A DNA stretch of 64,000 nucleotides from Epithemia pelagica (Eukaryota > Protista > Bacillariophyta). The notes under the pieces are model-generated. The model saw only the letters and a list, made by a program, of their open reading frames with translations. It was not told where the DNA came from and searched no databases. Shown here in pieces: positions 11,014 to 23,785 of the stretch (position 1 is the stretch's first letter; each line of letters starts with the position of its first letter). A program made the translations under genes and the position numbers. The stretch covers positions 248,001 to 312,000 of the forward strand of contig OX337242.1 in NCBI GenBank assembly GCA_946965045.2, given 5' to 3'.

Positions 11014-12323
11014 CTTTTTTTAGCAAACTTTGGTCTGTTCTTGCTGACTATTGTTTGATGACCCCTCTCCCCTCTCATTCTTTAACCGAAACAAGATAGG
11101 GCATATGTGAATTTGCAAATGCCTTATCAATAGCGGCACTATTGTATAACGGAGATCGTGGAGTTCATTTCCTCTTGGCTCCGCTAACCCGCTATCCGGA
11201 TAGCGAGGCCAATCAGAAAGCTCGAATACGTCAGCATAGCGGCGCTCGGGTGGAGATAGCCTTAGGTACTCAGATTTTTAGCGTAGTTTCTAAAGAAGTT
11301 TAGGTGCAACTTAGGTTTTGAAGTTTAGGTAGTTTAGGTAGCTCTGAAAAATGGCTCCTTCCCTCAACTACACGGAAGATCACTGGACGTTGACACCAAC
11401 ATTCACAGAGAGGGATTCGATATATAGGCTAAATATTTAAAGGGCCACCCGAAACATCGGTAGGGCAAAAGCAGCGACATGAAACTTTGGATAAACTTAG
11501 GTACCGAAGTTAAGGACAAGAAACTTCGACGATGAAACTTTATACCTATACCCAATACCCGTGATATTTCAAATTTGAACTTTCAGCAGAGTCTCAGTAG
11601 CTAGTGTCTAGTCTTCCTCCTTACCCTAAGTAGAAAGCCTACCAGAAATTCAAATCTGGAACATAAATTTTTCTTTAAAAAGTTTGGCCGATTCGACCAC
11701 TGAACATATCAAAAAATTCCTCATATTCGATTTCCTGTAGAGAATTTTTATCCCAAGCCTGGAAAACCACTTTGAAAACTGAGTGATTTTCCGTTGCGTA
11801 GGAAAATGTACTGGGGTATACTTGTCCTCACCATGAGGACAGCGGTAGACTAGACACTAGAGCTACTCCTAACTTCTACTACACTCCGTAGGAGTAGGTA
11901 GTAGGAGTACAAATAGGCCTAACTTACTTCTCTAGAGCAATCTCTCACGTGCAATTTCCAAGTGCCAAGTGGGATTGGAGATAGGATCCTTTGTTGGAAG
12001 TTGTTGGAATGAATATATCAATATCCATGAACTCTATGCCTACCTTATTGTAGCCCAAGCCCTTTTTCACCACAGATCATTGCGTTGTATGGATGTTATA
12101 GTATTTAGTAGGAGTCAGATGACATGCCGTTTTCTATACGCAGAACCGAAACGAGTTGCACGGAAGTGCGAACTGGCAAGATTGCCTTGGGACAGAAAAG
12201 AGATCATTCAAGTATATTCCTCCTTCAATCGCAAGGAACTGTCGAGCGCTAGCTCCACCCGGGATGTGATGTAGTTGGAGCTATCTCGTGCGCTAAATGG
12301 CCTTGGGTCTTCAAATACTTTGA

Positions 12324-14341
12324 TTACATTCGAAAGATGCCAAACTTGGTTTGATTGGGTTCACATCCACGACGTCGGGCCACCGACAAGGCCATGCCTA
12401 GAACACGGCGTGTATCGGCGGGGTCAATAATGCCATCGTCCCATAAGTTGGCCGTCGAAAAGTAGGCGGATGATTCTCGTTCAAATTGTTCCAAAATGGG
12501 AGCCTTGAACGCTGCTTCCTCCTCGTCGTCCGTTTTGGAAGAGGACTCTGGTGGTGTATCGTCACTACTACTAGTAGTAGTGGCATTCGACTGTTTTTGC
12601 TTCTTTTGTTGCTGTTGCACGGTCCACAGAACGTTGGCCGCTTGGGCTCCTCCCATGACACCGGTCCGGGCATTGGGCCACAAGAACAAAAAGCGAGGAT
12701 CGTAGGCTCGTCCGCACATGCCATAGTTTCCAGCTCCAAAACTGCCACCCACCACCACGGTGATCTTGGGAACTTGGGCGGTCGATACGGCCGCCACCAA
12801 CTTGGCACCGTGCTTGGCAATTCTGTACAGACAGTAGAGAAGCAAAAAGAGCATTACCGAAAGAACAAAACGTCATGAGATTGCACAATCCTATTTTGGT
12901 CCGTAGTATCGAGGTTCCACCCTGACGCAACCTACCCCTCATGTTCGTATTTGGTTCCCACCATGAAACCGGTGATATTTTGCAAAAACACCAAGGGAAT
13001 GCCTCGTTGACAACACAATTCCACAAAGTGACTGCCCTTGAGGGCCGACTCGGAAAATAAAATTCCTTGATTGGCAATAATGCCAACTTCTTGTCCTTGA
13101 ATGCGACCCCATCCACAAATCAGCGTCGTTCCATACTCGGCCTTGAATTCGTGAAAGCGACTGCCATCCAGTATACGGGCCAAAATCTGGTACATGTCCA
13201 TACCCTGTTTGCTATAATCGGGAGGAGGAACGACAGCTCCAAGTTCCTTGGGATCGCACAAGGGTTCTTCCCAGGATGACTCTTGATCCTCCTTGTGGAG
13301 AGTGTCGTATTCGTCGGGACCGAGACTGGCGACAATTTGCCGCGTCAAGTGCATGGCATGGACTTCATTGTGAGCCAAATGGTCGGCCACACCCGAGGTT
13401 TGTGTGTGCACACCAGCTCCTCCCAAGGTTTCGGCCGACACCACTTCGCCCGTGGCGGCTTGCACCAGGGGCGGTCCACCCAAGAAAATGGTCCCATTGC
13501 CTTGGACAATGACCGTCTCATCGCTCATGGCGGGAACATAAGCACCGCCAGCGGTACAACTCCCACAAACGACCGCAATCTGATTGATATTTTGGGCACT
13601 CATTTGGGCTTGTTGATAAAAGATGCGTCCAAAATGATGGGCATCGGGAAAGACATTGCGTTGTTGGGGCAAATAGGCACCACCAGAATCCACCATATAA
13701 ATGCAAGGCAGTGCATTGGCCAAGGCAATTTGTTGGGCACGCAAATGTTTCTTGACCGTCAAGGGAAAGTACGTGCCACCCTTGACGGTGGCATCGTTGG
13801 CCACCATTAGTACCAAACGACCCGACACACGGCCAATGGCAGTGACAATGCCCGCCCCCGTCGGTGTTTCGGCATGAGACGGATCGGCATCATTGGCCAC
13901 CAAGGGACTGAGTTCCAACAAGGGCGTTCCTGGATCCGCCAAGTGTTCCAATCGATGTCGTGCCAACAGTTTGCCACGGGTCTCATGACGTGCTCGAGCC
14001 TTGATGGCCTGTGGACTGGTGGGCCTATAGACGGCTTGCAATTGCGCATTCAAATCGTCCACTTGGTCCTCCATGAGGGAATTGGTCTTTTGAAAGGGTT
14101 TCAGAGCCCCATTGGCCAAGGGAGGAGGCAGCGAATGGCTGCTGCTGCTGCTAAAAGAGGAAATGGAGGCAAAGGATCGTTGGAAACCGAGAGATGGCCA
14201 TCTGTCGAGTCGACAATCTCGTTGGACCTGGACAACCGTCGATAGCTTTCGAACATTACTTCGTCTTGAAATGATATTGGTGCTGCTGAGAAGTCCACCG
14301 TACTGCCTTGTCATGTTTTTGTGCCCAAGGCAGTGTATCAT
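12324..14341 (-). CDS. MCCC2: Methylcrotonoyl-CoA carboxylase beta subunit, 2 exons (14341-12936, 12822-12324)
   Basis: [68 protein letters not shown] end. GT-AG intron 12823-12935 restores HEG|IAKHGAK. N-terminus resembles a mitochondrial presequence. Confidence 0.95.
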
Positions 14342-15676
14342 TGTCGTGCCCTTGTCCAATAACTGATGGAGGAAAGTACGATCGCTGAATCGGAAGAGCA
14401 ATCAAATCGACGGCCGTTCTTCAAAACACTGTCCGAAATTGTCACCCCTTTTGACTTTTTTTATGAATGTGTTCTCACTCTTGATTCGACGCTGTCGTCG
14501 GTGCTGTTGTTGTTGTCGTCGTCGTCGCTGGTTCTTGATTTGTTTTTCTTTCTTCGATCGAATGTGATGTCAAAGAAACTCGATCCCAGATGGTTGGAAT
14601 TCTCATGCGTTCTAAATGCGATTGAACATTTAGGGGCGACCATATAGTCGCGCTAAAGCTTCCGAGTTTTTTTGTGAGAACTATTACGACCTGCTACGAC
14701 TAGCTCCGGCATGGTGAATGGTGACACGAGGTACTCCTATCTTGATTTCGATTCCAGTGAAAAGCGAAGAACGAGCCAAAATGAGAACCATCCTCTTCAT
14801 TGCGTCTCAGATGGCCCACTCTCCAACAGCCTAACCAGTCAATATAGACTGTCCTGTTTGTCATCCCCCCATTGTCCATGGCCTTCTCGACTTCCCCCCA
14901 TACTTTGAGGTTGCAAGCCGAAGAAGAAGAACCAATCCGAACTCGTGCTATACCCCACACTGGATTGATGTGTTGCGTGCTAGGAGTACCGACTACCGAG
15001 TTTGCTAGTGTTATTAAGGCATTCCAGAGTCCAAAGTCCAAAGTCGATGCTCTTCCTCTATCTACGAGTAGGCACGCATATAGGCAATAGGCAATAGGCA
15101 ATAGCGGCAGGCATCGATGGACGAACCCAATAACTCACTAACTCACTAAGCCAAGAGCCAATAACCTAGCTTTGCCGTAATGAGAAGAGTGAAGAGTTTT
15201 GGGGGCGATGCATGGAACAATGAAGATGATTCAGAACTCGTATCGATTGATATTCTCAGTCGGAAGGAAATACGAGCTCGTGAAATAATAATGACTGCAA
15301 ACGCTCAATGAGAAGTCCATGATTGGGTACGGGAGTCGGGAGGTCTCGAATGAGAACCATGGCAATGCCGTTTGTTTGTCGAGGTGGACACCTAATCTTG
15401 AAAGAATAAGACGAATGAAAGCTGCATGGGTCTTTGGAATGAGACTTTTTGTGTTAGAAATGAATTCCATACGCCGTAAACTATTCCATTCAAAGAGTGG
15501 GATTGACTATTGAGTGGGCCCACCTTTCCGATAAGGACGACCTAGTAAACCTAGCAACGCTAATCTAGCCAATCCTGAGAAAGACTATGTATACAAAAAG
15601 ACATTCACAAACAAGGCTAGAGGAATAGATGAAACCACCATGGTGATGACCGCGCGGCGTGGAGGCATCCACTGCG

Positions 15677-16702
15677 TTACGCACAAGCGGCCGAACTCAC
15701 TTTCTTTTTCGAGTCGGGGACACTTTGCTTGATGCGAGACAAGAGGTGCTTTTGGTCTTTTTGAAAGTACTTGTGCCGGTACGCACCTCTCCAGGGTCCC
15801 TCGTGGATACGGACAAAGCCATAAATATTAAGTTGTCGTTGAAAGGAGGCCATGCGGGAGGAGGAAAAAAAGAGAGGCATGGTTTCCCTCTCAAAGGCGT
15901 GCGGTTTGTGAATCATAAAGGCCTTGCCGTCTGCCACAAAGGATACAATCTCTTGCTTGCCGTTTTGTTCCATTTCTTCCAACATGAAGTAAATCTTTTC
16001 TGGAAAGGATTGCTTACACCGATGAAGAGCGTCTACACCTTTTTCACTATTCATATCAGACCCACATCCAACTAGGTCTGGCATCGGAGAGCAGACTCCT
16101 GCTTGTTTTTGTAGCTGTGGAGCAGCCAGGGGAGTGGAAGTAACGAGACCAGCAATTGGCTTCATCAATAGACCTTCGACCGCTGCAGCGACGTGCTTGT
16201 CTTCGAGTGACTGTTGTTTCGTCACAACTGGAGATGAAGGACGAGACGATTCGTGATTCAACACACGTTGGGGGCGATGTACTTGCTCCGTTCTCGAAGC
16301 CTGGGTGATTGAGGGCGGCAGTGATGAAGACATCGACGGTGGTTCTGAGTATGAATGAAGACGCGATATCGCATATGCTTGCGGTGGCAAGCTGCAGTTC
16401 AAAGAATGATTGTTGGCCATATGAATGGGTGGAAACAAGGAGGTTGACTGGTTTAGGCCATGGTTGTAAGAAGGTAGCACTGAAGCAATCGTCGAAGGCT
16501 GCGATGACGCAGCTAGATTCATTATCGCATTTGCTTGAATTCTTCTTTGCACAGCAGCATCAATCATGCTTTCAAGTGCGATCATGTTATTGTTGACATT
16601 TCCGAGTAAACCTGGAACCAAATGTGGACCGTGCAGAGCCTGTACCAGTGAAGAACTCGCGAGTAGATGTCGAGCTTGGTCCATGTGTGTGAGGCTATTC
16701 AT
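15677..16702 (-). CDS. HSF-type DNA-binding domain transcription factor
   Basis: FPEKIYFMLE...SFVADGKAFMIH...FQRQLNIYGF...HKYFQK is the HSF domain. First in-frame ATG at 16702; the start is uncertain. Confidence 0.88.
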   Translation of the reverse strand: MNSLTHMDQARHLLASSSLVQALHGPHLVPGLLGNVNNNMIALESMIDAAVQRRIQANAIMNLAASSQPSTIASVLPSYNHGLNQSTSLFPPIHMANNHSLNCSLPPQAYAISRLHSYSEPPSMSSSLPPSITQASRTEQVHRPQRVLNHESSRPSSPVVTKQQSLEDKHVAAAVEGLLMKPIAGLVTSTPLAAPQLQKQAGVCSPMPDLVGCGSDMNSEKGVDALHRCKQSFPEKIYFMLEEMEQNGKQEIVSFVADGKAFMIHKPHAFERETMPLFFSSSRMASFQRQLNIYGFVRIHEGPWRGAYRHKYFQKDQKHLLSRIKQSVPDSKKKVSSAACA

Positions 16703-17493
16703 AGCATTGAAACGGGTTGCTTCAGCTCTATTCGATTCTTTCTCGTCTCCAGTCTTCCAGTGCTGCTTTTCGTTGCCATCCACATGCCTGGAGTATTTCA
16801 AAACTACGGTTGTTGCGCAACAGATCTTGCAGAAGGCCAAACCAGGATATGATTCTTTCGCAACTTCTTAACTCCGAGAGTTATAGCTGTCTTTGGTCAG
16901 TTCTTTCTCTTATCAGCTAGAGAAAAGACAAGACCTTTGATGGGCTCGATGGTGTTACTTTGCTTTAGTTGTTGCTCCTTGCTCCTTGTCCTCGTCTATT
17001 TTTTGTGAGACCAGCAAAGATGTTGCCATAGGACAGCAATTAGGACTTAGGACACGCGTATTTTACTTCGTTTTGAGTAACAATGCGCCGATGAAAGCTA
17101 ATTTTCACTATTTTAAACGGCTTAAATCTGGTATTTGTCTTTTTGCACCATGGATCATTGCCCCTTCTCGCATATCATTGATCCAGGGTTGTGAAGTTAC
17201 CAAATTACGCGTGTGATACCAAGTGAAAAACTAAAATAGTGAGCATTAAGCTATGCGTCCCTCATGGGTTAGCTACTCGCCCAAAACTCGCTTAATATCA
17301 GTCGCCTTTCTTGGTCCACTCACAATTGCTATGTCGGACCATCACGATATAGTCACATTTTGCCAACTTCAGAATATCACATCAACATATATCTTCTTCC
17401 ATCTCCTCCACACCTGCTTCTGAGCGCCCCTATATGGCGTGCAGGACGTACCCAGTCCCCTTGGTCGGGCGGGAAACGTACTCCGGGGTTGCA

Positions 17494-20400
17494 TTAGAAC
17501 AGAATCATTTGTGCCAACCTTGTTCGTTCCGGACCAGTCTGAATCTTAGTAAGCAAGTCCGCTAGATTCGTCTTGGAAGGCTCAAACGCAATCTTGCATG
17601 TCCCATTGGCAACGTTCTCACGTACAAAGTGATACGCAACTGAATTGGACTTCTTGCGCAATGTCGATTCTGGTAAGGAACTGTTGTAGACGACCGACAT
17701 GTTGTCTACTCTCACGTGTGCATGTCCGTCCAAAGGGATGCCCATCATTCTCAATTTGTACCGTAATCCTTTCAGCATCTCCACACCAACCTTGAGAGCC
17801 ATAAATTCAGAACCAAAAGTCGAAGTTTCGACACTGGTTTGCTTCTTGCTGTACCATGAGATCGGTGCTCTATTCAAATAGATAAGCACTCCTGTTCTGG
17901 ATCGTCGTGCTTGAGGTATGCAAAGAGGTGCAGCATTGCCTCCACATGACCTTCTCTGGGGCCGGCTAAAAATCCAGCCAACATTGAAACCTCTGCAGCG
18001 ATGTCAATCCGTCCCAATTCAACTAGCCAACGGAGTACGCCCATCTGCTGCTGGTAGAATGACATTAATTCAGGATCACAATATGGGGTTGTGTCCAACT
18101 CAGGACGATAGCCACTGGGCAAGACACTTGGAGCTCGCGTTTTCAGTTTACGATCTCGGTCTTCCAGCCATGATACAACATTCGTTATGGCAGCCTTTGC
18201 ATATTTCTCAGAACTCAACGCCCAACATCGCTGTGAAGCGTCGTTATTGATATCAAATGTTTGTACCTGGGATCCCAAATAATACTTCGGAACGCCAATC
18301 GAATCCGGTTTCAGTAAGTAATGGTGATCCAGCATTGTGAGTGACTCCTTTGGTTTGTGAGAGATGATCAATATATCGTCTGTATAGACGAATAGCATTT
18401 CATAATAACGCTCTCCATTGCCTTTCGTCGCTTTCCTCAAATAGCAGTCAGGATCCGCACGGCATGGGAAATAGCCCAAGTCTTCTTGTAGGGTCGTGGA
18501 CAGGAGATCACGCCACGCGTAGGCGCTAGTCTTTAGGCCGTAGAGTGCCTTTGTTATAATCGCAATCCGACCTTGGCACTCGGTGCCGAATTCTAAACCA
18601 CACCTTGTGCAGACCTTTTCAAGGCATGGAGCATTAAGGTATGCACCAGCAATATCAGCCGCTTGAATCTCCAATCCATTTAGAGCCGCTAGCATAAATC
18701 CAATACGCACACTTTCACGACTGACTACGCTTGCGTATGTGGGCGCCTCAGGCTCTTCAGTTTTGTGTCCTCCGGCCACATATCTGGCCTTTCGGGTGAA
18801 ATCCATCTTGACATCAAAGACGATGTGACAAGGGATTACCTGATACCCCACTGGTTCATTTACGCCGTCGTCCAAGATATTGACAGCAGGAAAAATCTTC
18901 GACATCTCCAGTTTCAAAGCTTTTCGCCAATAGTCCGTGCCAGTTTCACGATCAATTTGGAGTGCTCGTTCTACTGTTTTGGGGACCTCAATGCCGTATT
19001 TTTGGGATTGACGCATATATCTTGTCATCTTGGCGGCTTTGATCAGCCTCGTTCTCCTTCGGAGGGTGAATGGTACCCACCATGCGAATGCTGGTTGTTT
19101 CTCGATCTTGTTCGCAACCGCATACTCAGCGACTTCAATTGGATACGACTCCTTGAGATCCTTCAAGGCTTCCCAACTTGAAGAGCCATCTTTCCATTGC
19201 ACGCATAAGGACCATCCTCTAGTGGTCTTCTTCTTATGCTTGCGACCATTCAATTCGAATTCTCCCTCTGAGAGAGGAACAGCCGTTTTATCAGACTTGT
19301 GATCTGTGATCTCTTCAACCATTCGATATAGATTGCCCTCATCATCGAGCTGTTCGTAAATATTTTCAGCTATAATGTTGGCAGCATAGGATTGCACATG
19401 GCCATCGTCGAATTCGACTTCGTAAAGTGTTGTGTCCAAGTATGGATTGGACGATGCGTGTCCGAGGACTCGACCTTCCGCGTCTCGTTTCCGTCTCCGA
19501 ACAGTCCCCTTTCGTTGATCATCACCTAGGGGCAACATGACTTTTGCAGAGATGAGTTTATCGTATGCATCTGGTGCATAATCATCTGCTTCCGGCATGC
19601 GTACGTCCGGCTGCTCGTCGTCTTCATAAGCTTCGAACGTGGGTGTATCCGCATCATGGTCATCATCTGCATCGATCAGAATACCTGCCATTCTGTCACC
19701 AAGGGCCGCTTGTAAATTTTCCATATATGTGGTTTGTTGTGCTTTGTGAGCATCATCCATTTGTAGATCTCTGTTGATTGGCCAGACAGAAGTGCGATGC
19801 ACGATCTTGCCCTTTTCGGTCAGGACTTTTGCGCACATTGCCTGGCCCACAGTATGACTTGGACCCAACCAGCGTCCGAGTTTACGTCCCTCAAAACCAG
19901 GGTTACTATACCACACAAAATCAAACCATCGATGCTCCACCAAATGGGAAATGTCTGGAGTATCTCCAGTGAGTTGCTGAATGGGCGGACCGTTGACATT
20001 ACTTCCAAAGCTCGTATGGGAGCGTCGCTCCGCCATCAGCATGAGACAGTGGTCCCAGAGTACTGCTGGCGCATTGCTGCGTCTCATTTCTCTGCGGTAG
20101 AGGCGCTTTAATTCTCGAATATTGGCCTCAGCCAGGTTTTGGTTGGGCGTCCATGCTTCCACTGGTTTTATCCGGCACCCGTACTTGTGGGCTACCTTCC
20201 GAAATTCTTGCGAGGTTAGTTCTGGTGCATTGTCTGGAATAATATGGTTGAAGATGCCATAGCTGTCAAAGACAGCTGGCAATGTTGTCGGTGCTTCACT
20301 TTTCTTTCTCATAGGGATAAAATGCACCCAACCAAAGTCCGTAGCGAATATTTGCCCGCATGTATTTTGATCAAGAGACTTGGTCTCTGAGAACAGAGTG

Positions 20401-21284
20401 TCAGTGTACACGTCTGCTCGTAATCGACGATGTCGCAATTGGTATGCGGTATGTTTCAAACGTCGACTGCCGCCTCGATCGGTGAATTCACGGACACCAA
20501 GTTGTGTCGTTTGATTGAACGTCCGTTCTGCACTGGGGAGTCCAATATTCCATCGTTGTGCCAATTCATTCGGACGTACTGTCCCCTTTCGCCTATGTCC
20601 AATGTCTGAGACGTGGACATGGATGGCGCGATTGTTGACTCGGAGAGTCTTGGTCATTGCGAGATTGATCGTCCGCTCACGCGTTGCATTTACTACGTTC
20701 GTCTGTATCAATTCCCTGAGTGTTCTTTCATCAACATCTGGTGTTGAGTCATTCGGTTGCCACTCGGGTCGCTCATTCGTCATATCAATACGACAGGAAG
20801 GATCGATTGAATCAATCTCCTCCTTCGTGGGCTTGCGTGTGCGAAATTGGCTTAAGACGCCGATTAGGTCGAGAGGGATTCGCAATTCTTCCATTTCTGT
20901 ATCCCTTGCAATGATGCTGTGGGATCTTTCATTTCGGTCCCCTGGTTTCAAGTGCTTCAAGGGGATATCATTGACTTCAATCCCGGCCTCCCGCATTTGA
21001 TTCGGATTGAGAAGGCACTTGTCTTTTAATTGCGGCAAGTGTAGTGCTTGGTGGAAATAAAGGAGGAACGTTTGGCCAGTATCTGGATCATCATATGCCA
21101 AAACACCAGTAATGACGCTGGCCTCTTTAATCTTACCCAGACTCTCAACAAAACCACTGACATCAGCCGTATCAGTCTGATACAGAACGTAACAGTTGCC
21201 CAGACAGCAAGTGTCGGCATGACTGTCGAGCTCACACCGGATTAGGGGAACCGAAATCTCACGAGAAGTTGTTGCAGACATCAC
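17494..21284 (-). pseudogene. Copia pol (protease, integrase, RT, RNase H) with a frameshifting deletion at the RT/RNase H junction
   Basis: ELDSHADTC (protease); YTDTLF, IPDNAPE, NLAEANIREL (integrase); ADIAGAYL, VYTDDIL (RT). YLKH joins directly to RRSRTGVLIY in another frame near 17905-17911; RNase H C-terminus ETSTFGSEF, VDNMSV, NLADLLTK. Confidence 0.9.
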
Positions 21285-21290
21285 ATTGTG

Positions 21291-22706
21291 TCAAACGCTT
21301 CTCTTCTTACGTTGGCTCATGATAGCGCCGACACCCTTTGTGTCGTTATCATGACCATCAGACGATTCATCCGAAATGTCGGGTGTTTCGTCTCCATTGG
21401 TACGCGGTTTCTTGTTGGATTTGCTTGAGATTGCTCCAACTCCACGCCTCTTGTCACGCTTCTCTCTTGCGTCTCGTACCCTTTGACGCTCTTCTCCGCT
21501 TAACTTAGCCCATTCATTGGGTTTATAATAGCGATCAGTGACTTCTCTCTCTTTCTTAGTTTCATTCTTCTTTCCACTTCCTTTATTCTGTTTAGAAGTC
21601 GATACTCCAGAGATTCTTGCTTGTTTCCTACTTGCTGCGCTGTAGGATACCTTGCTGTCCAATACTTCTGCAAGGAAATTAGATGCGTTCTCGAAGGTTG
21701 AACGTAAGAATGGCGTCGCCAAGATTTGGTTCTTAGCGCTTTCAAGCCGAGAATCTGAGGTACCAGTCATCAAGATTCTAACTTTTCTTTCCTCACTGAC
21801 GTTTTCGCCTGTGGATTCAAGATCCGTAAAGGCACGTTGCAATGTTTCGATATATCGTTCATATGTGAAGTTGCGCTTGGAACCGTCAAAGTAGGTGCTT
21901 TCCAAGATCTGATCGGCTTTGGCTCGGAGACGAGACTGAAAGACGTCACCTAGGTAGTGCGTCTTAAGGGCCAAGTATGCAGCGCGTCCATTGCGGGTGC
22001 GGGCGAAGGACATCACCCATCCCCAGCCAGGACCGTCATGAGTGATATGTCGAATGACTTCCCATACGGCAACCATGTCAGTGGTTGCTGTAGGGCCTTG
22101 ATGCGATGCGCGCCGAATCATTTCAGCTAAAATAGTTGGGGTGCCAAACCCATTTGGATCTGTCGTTTCCGGTTGGACGTCGGGATTTTCTCTCACATAG
22201 GCAGCAAGGGGAATTCCAGTTGCTCCACGCTTGCGTTCCAAATAGTTATCCAAATCTTCAAGAACGACTCGAATATTATCAACGCTGCTGAGTTTCCCAG
22301 GTAGTTCAACTTCGTTATCATACTCGTCTTCAGCTTCTTTGAACCGATACAACAGGGTCAAGTCATTCATCGTCGGTGGAACTGCAGCGAAGGTGCGATT
22401 GATTTTCCCAATGTGAACGATGTAGTAACGGAGCATCTTGAGTTTCTTTTCAACCAGGTGCCCGATGAGGACTCCTGGATTAGCTATCATTGCTGGTACT
22501 CCAGCCGGATCAGGGTTGGGGATGAGGCCACCAGGTTTACGAGCGTTGGTACAAATTTCGGCGACGTCTGCCTCGCTGAGGGCTTCAAAGTCATAGACGG
22601 AGGTTAGGCCTTGACCATTGAGAGCAGTACGAACTGCTGGATCGTTAATCTGCAGGACGACATCCAAATACACGTTCAGTAGTTGCATAGGATTCGGTGC
22701 TGCCAT
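21291..22706 (-). CDS. Copia gag-like protein
   Basis: 471-aa ORF at the element 5' end with YLKTHYLG/FQSRLRAKA and basic C-terminus; ends in a TGA that is in frame with pol. Confidence 0.8.
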   Translation of the reverse strand: MAAPNPMQLLNVYLDVVLQINDPAVRTALNGQGLTSVYDFEALSEADVAEICTNARKPGGLIPNPDPAGVPAMIANPGVLIGHLVEKKLKMLRYYIVHIGKINRTFAAVPPTMNDLTLLYRFKEAEDEYDNEVELPGKLSSVDNIRVVLEDLDNYLERKRGATGIPLAAYVRENPDVQPETTDPNGFGTPTILAEMIRRASHQGPTATTDMVAVWEVIRHITHDGPGWGWVMSFARTRNGRAAYLALKTHYLGDVFQSRLRAKADQILESTYFDGSKRNFTYERYIETLQRAFTDLESTGENVSEERKVRILMTGTSDSRLESAKNQILATPFLRSTFENASNFLAEVLDSKVSYSAASRKQARISGVSTSKQNKGSGKKNETKKEREVTDRYYKPNEWAKLSGEERQRVRDAREKRDKRRGVGAISSKSNKKPRTNGDETPDISDESSDGHDNDTKGVGAIMSQRKKRSV

Positions 22707-23785
22707 GGTTGCGATTGTTCTCCTTTTTCGGACTTGTTCGGACTTTCCAGCGAAGTGAGCTTCATTAGTTTTGGGGGAATTTCCACGTCATGGTCTGAAT
22801 TCTACTTGCGAGCGAGCGGTAGAATCGGAGTTGGAGTGCTTGCATAAAGTGCTAGGACGGCGCACGCCATTTAAGTAATGAACATGTCCGTATAGCGGCA
22901 TCCTTCAACGGCAGGATGTGCGGCGCGTCCGCCATTGCCCGGTGTGTGCGCATACGCTGACCACACACCACAATCATCCATCTCGAGCCCCGTTGCAGGC
23001 GAGATATTAGTGAGATGAAAGGGAGTACAGGTATCCAACCTAGGGCAGTCATTCTTCCAAGCGAATGATCTAGATATTTCGCGACCTTCCCAGGCCATGT
23101 TAGTGTAACATCTCCTTCATCGGTTAATGCAATTGGGTCTGATAAACCAAATTACGCGTGTGATACCAAGTGAAAAACTAAAATAGTGAGCATTAAGCTA
23201 TGCGTCCCTCATGGGTTAGCTACTCGCCCAAAACTCGCTTAATATCAGTCGCCTTTCTTGTTACTTATTCATATTTCAAATGATCTGATACATTTTGGTA
23301 ATTTAATTACCCATCAGTTCCGTCTTCAAATGAATTACCCTTTACCACCTTACACGTAATATATTCTTCATATTAATTCCCCATATTTTTCCACATGAAT
23401 ATATTTTTTAAATTAATTCTACATATTCCCTTCACGAGAATATATTACCTACTGATATTCTCCATCATTGTCTGGCCTCCGTTCTTATCCCAATTCACTC
23501 CTTATCCTACGAATATTATATCATTTACCGACACTTTGTCAGTTAATAGTCCTATTGCAACAATCACCCTGTTTTTCCACAGTAACTGACGACAAGATAC
23601 CCACTGACCCTCTGACAATTTGTTTCACAAGAACAAACAGATGAGAAATGAAAAACATGATCGCTGCACCTCCAAAGATCGTACCTTTATCTTGTTCAAC
23701 AATCAGCCACATTCCTTTCTATCCATAGCATCACCAGCCACAAGCTGCCTCTGACCGCCAATTGATCTTGACAACAACAACTTCC

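Larger units (their letters stand above)
8252..11261. mobile_element. PIF/Harbinger DNA transposon (3010 bp)
   Basis: 15-bp perfect TIRs GGCTATCTCCACCCG (8252-8266, 11247-11261); TSD TTA (8249-8251, 11262-11264); subterminal CCGCTA/TAGCGG motifs; two convergent ORFs. Confidence 0.95.
17201..23260 (-). mobile_element. Ty1/copia (CoDi-like) retrotransposon with identical 113-bp terminal direct repeats, nested in the hAT left TIR
   Basis: Identical repeats 17201-17313 and 23148-23260; flanking TTAC on both sides (GTTAC if the boundary is shifted 1 nt); gag then PR-IN-RT-RH order. Confidence 0.9.

Noticed and set aside
11262-11340. Telomere-like TTAGGT repeats
   Set aside because: Five scattered degenerate copies, not a tandem array; cannot support an interstitial telomere call.
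17199-17313. 115-bp target-site duplication as the explanation of the copia flanks
   Set aside because: Disfavoured, not excluded: a short TTAC/GTTAC duplication flanks the repeats, and removing them restores the better hAT TIR match.
23120-23150. tRNA-Ile(GAT)-like anticodon loop (GGGTCTGATAAACC)
   Set aside because: No acceptor stem or T-arm can be folded; more likely part of the retroelement primer-binding region.
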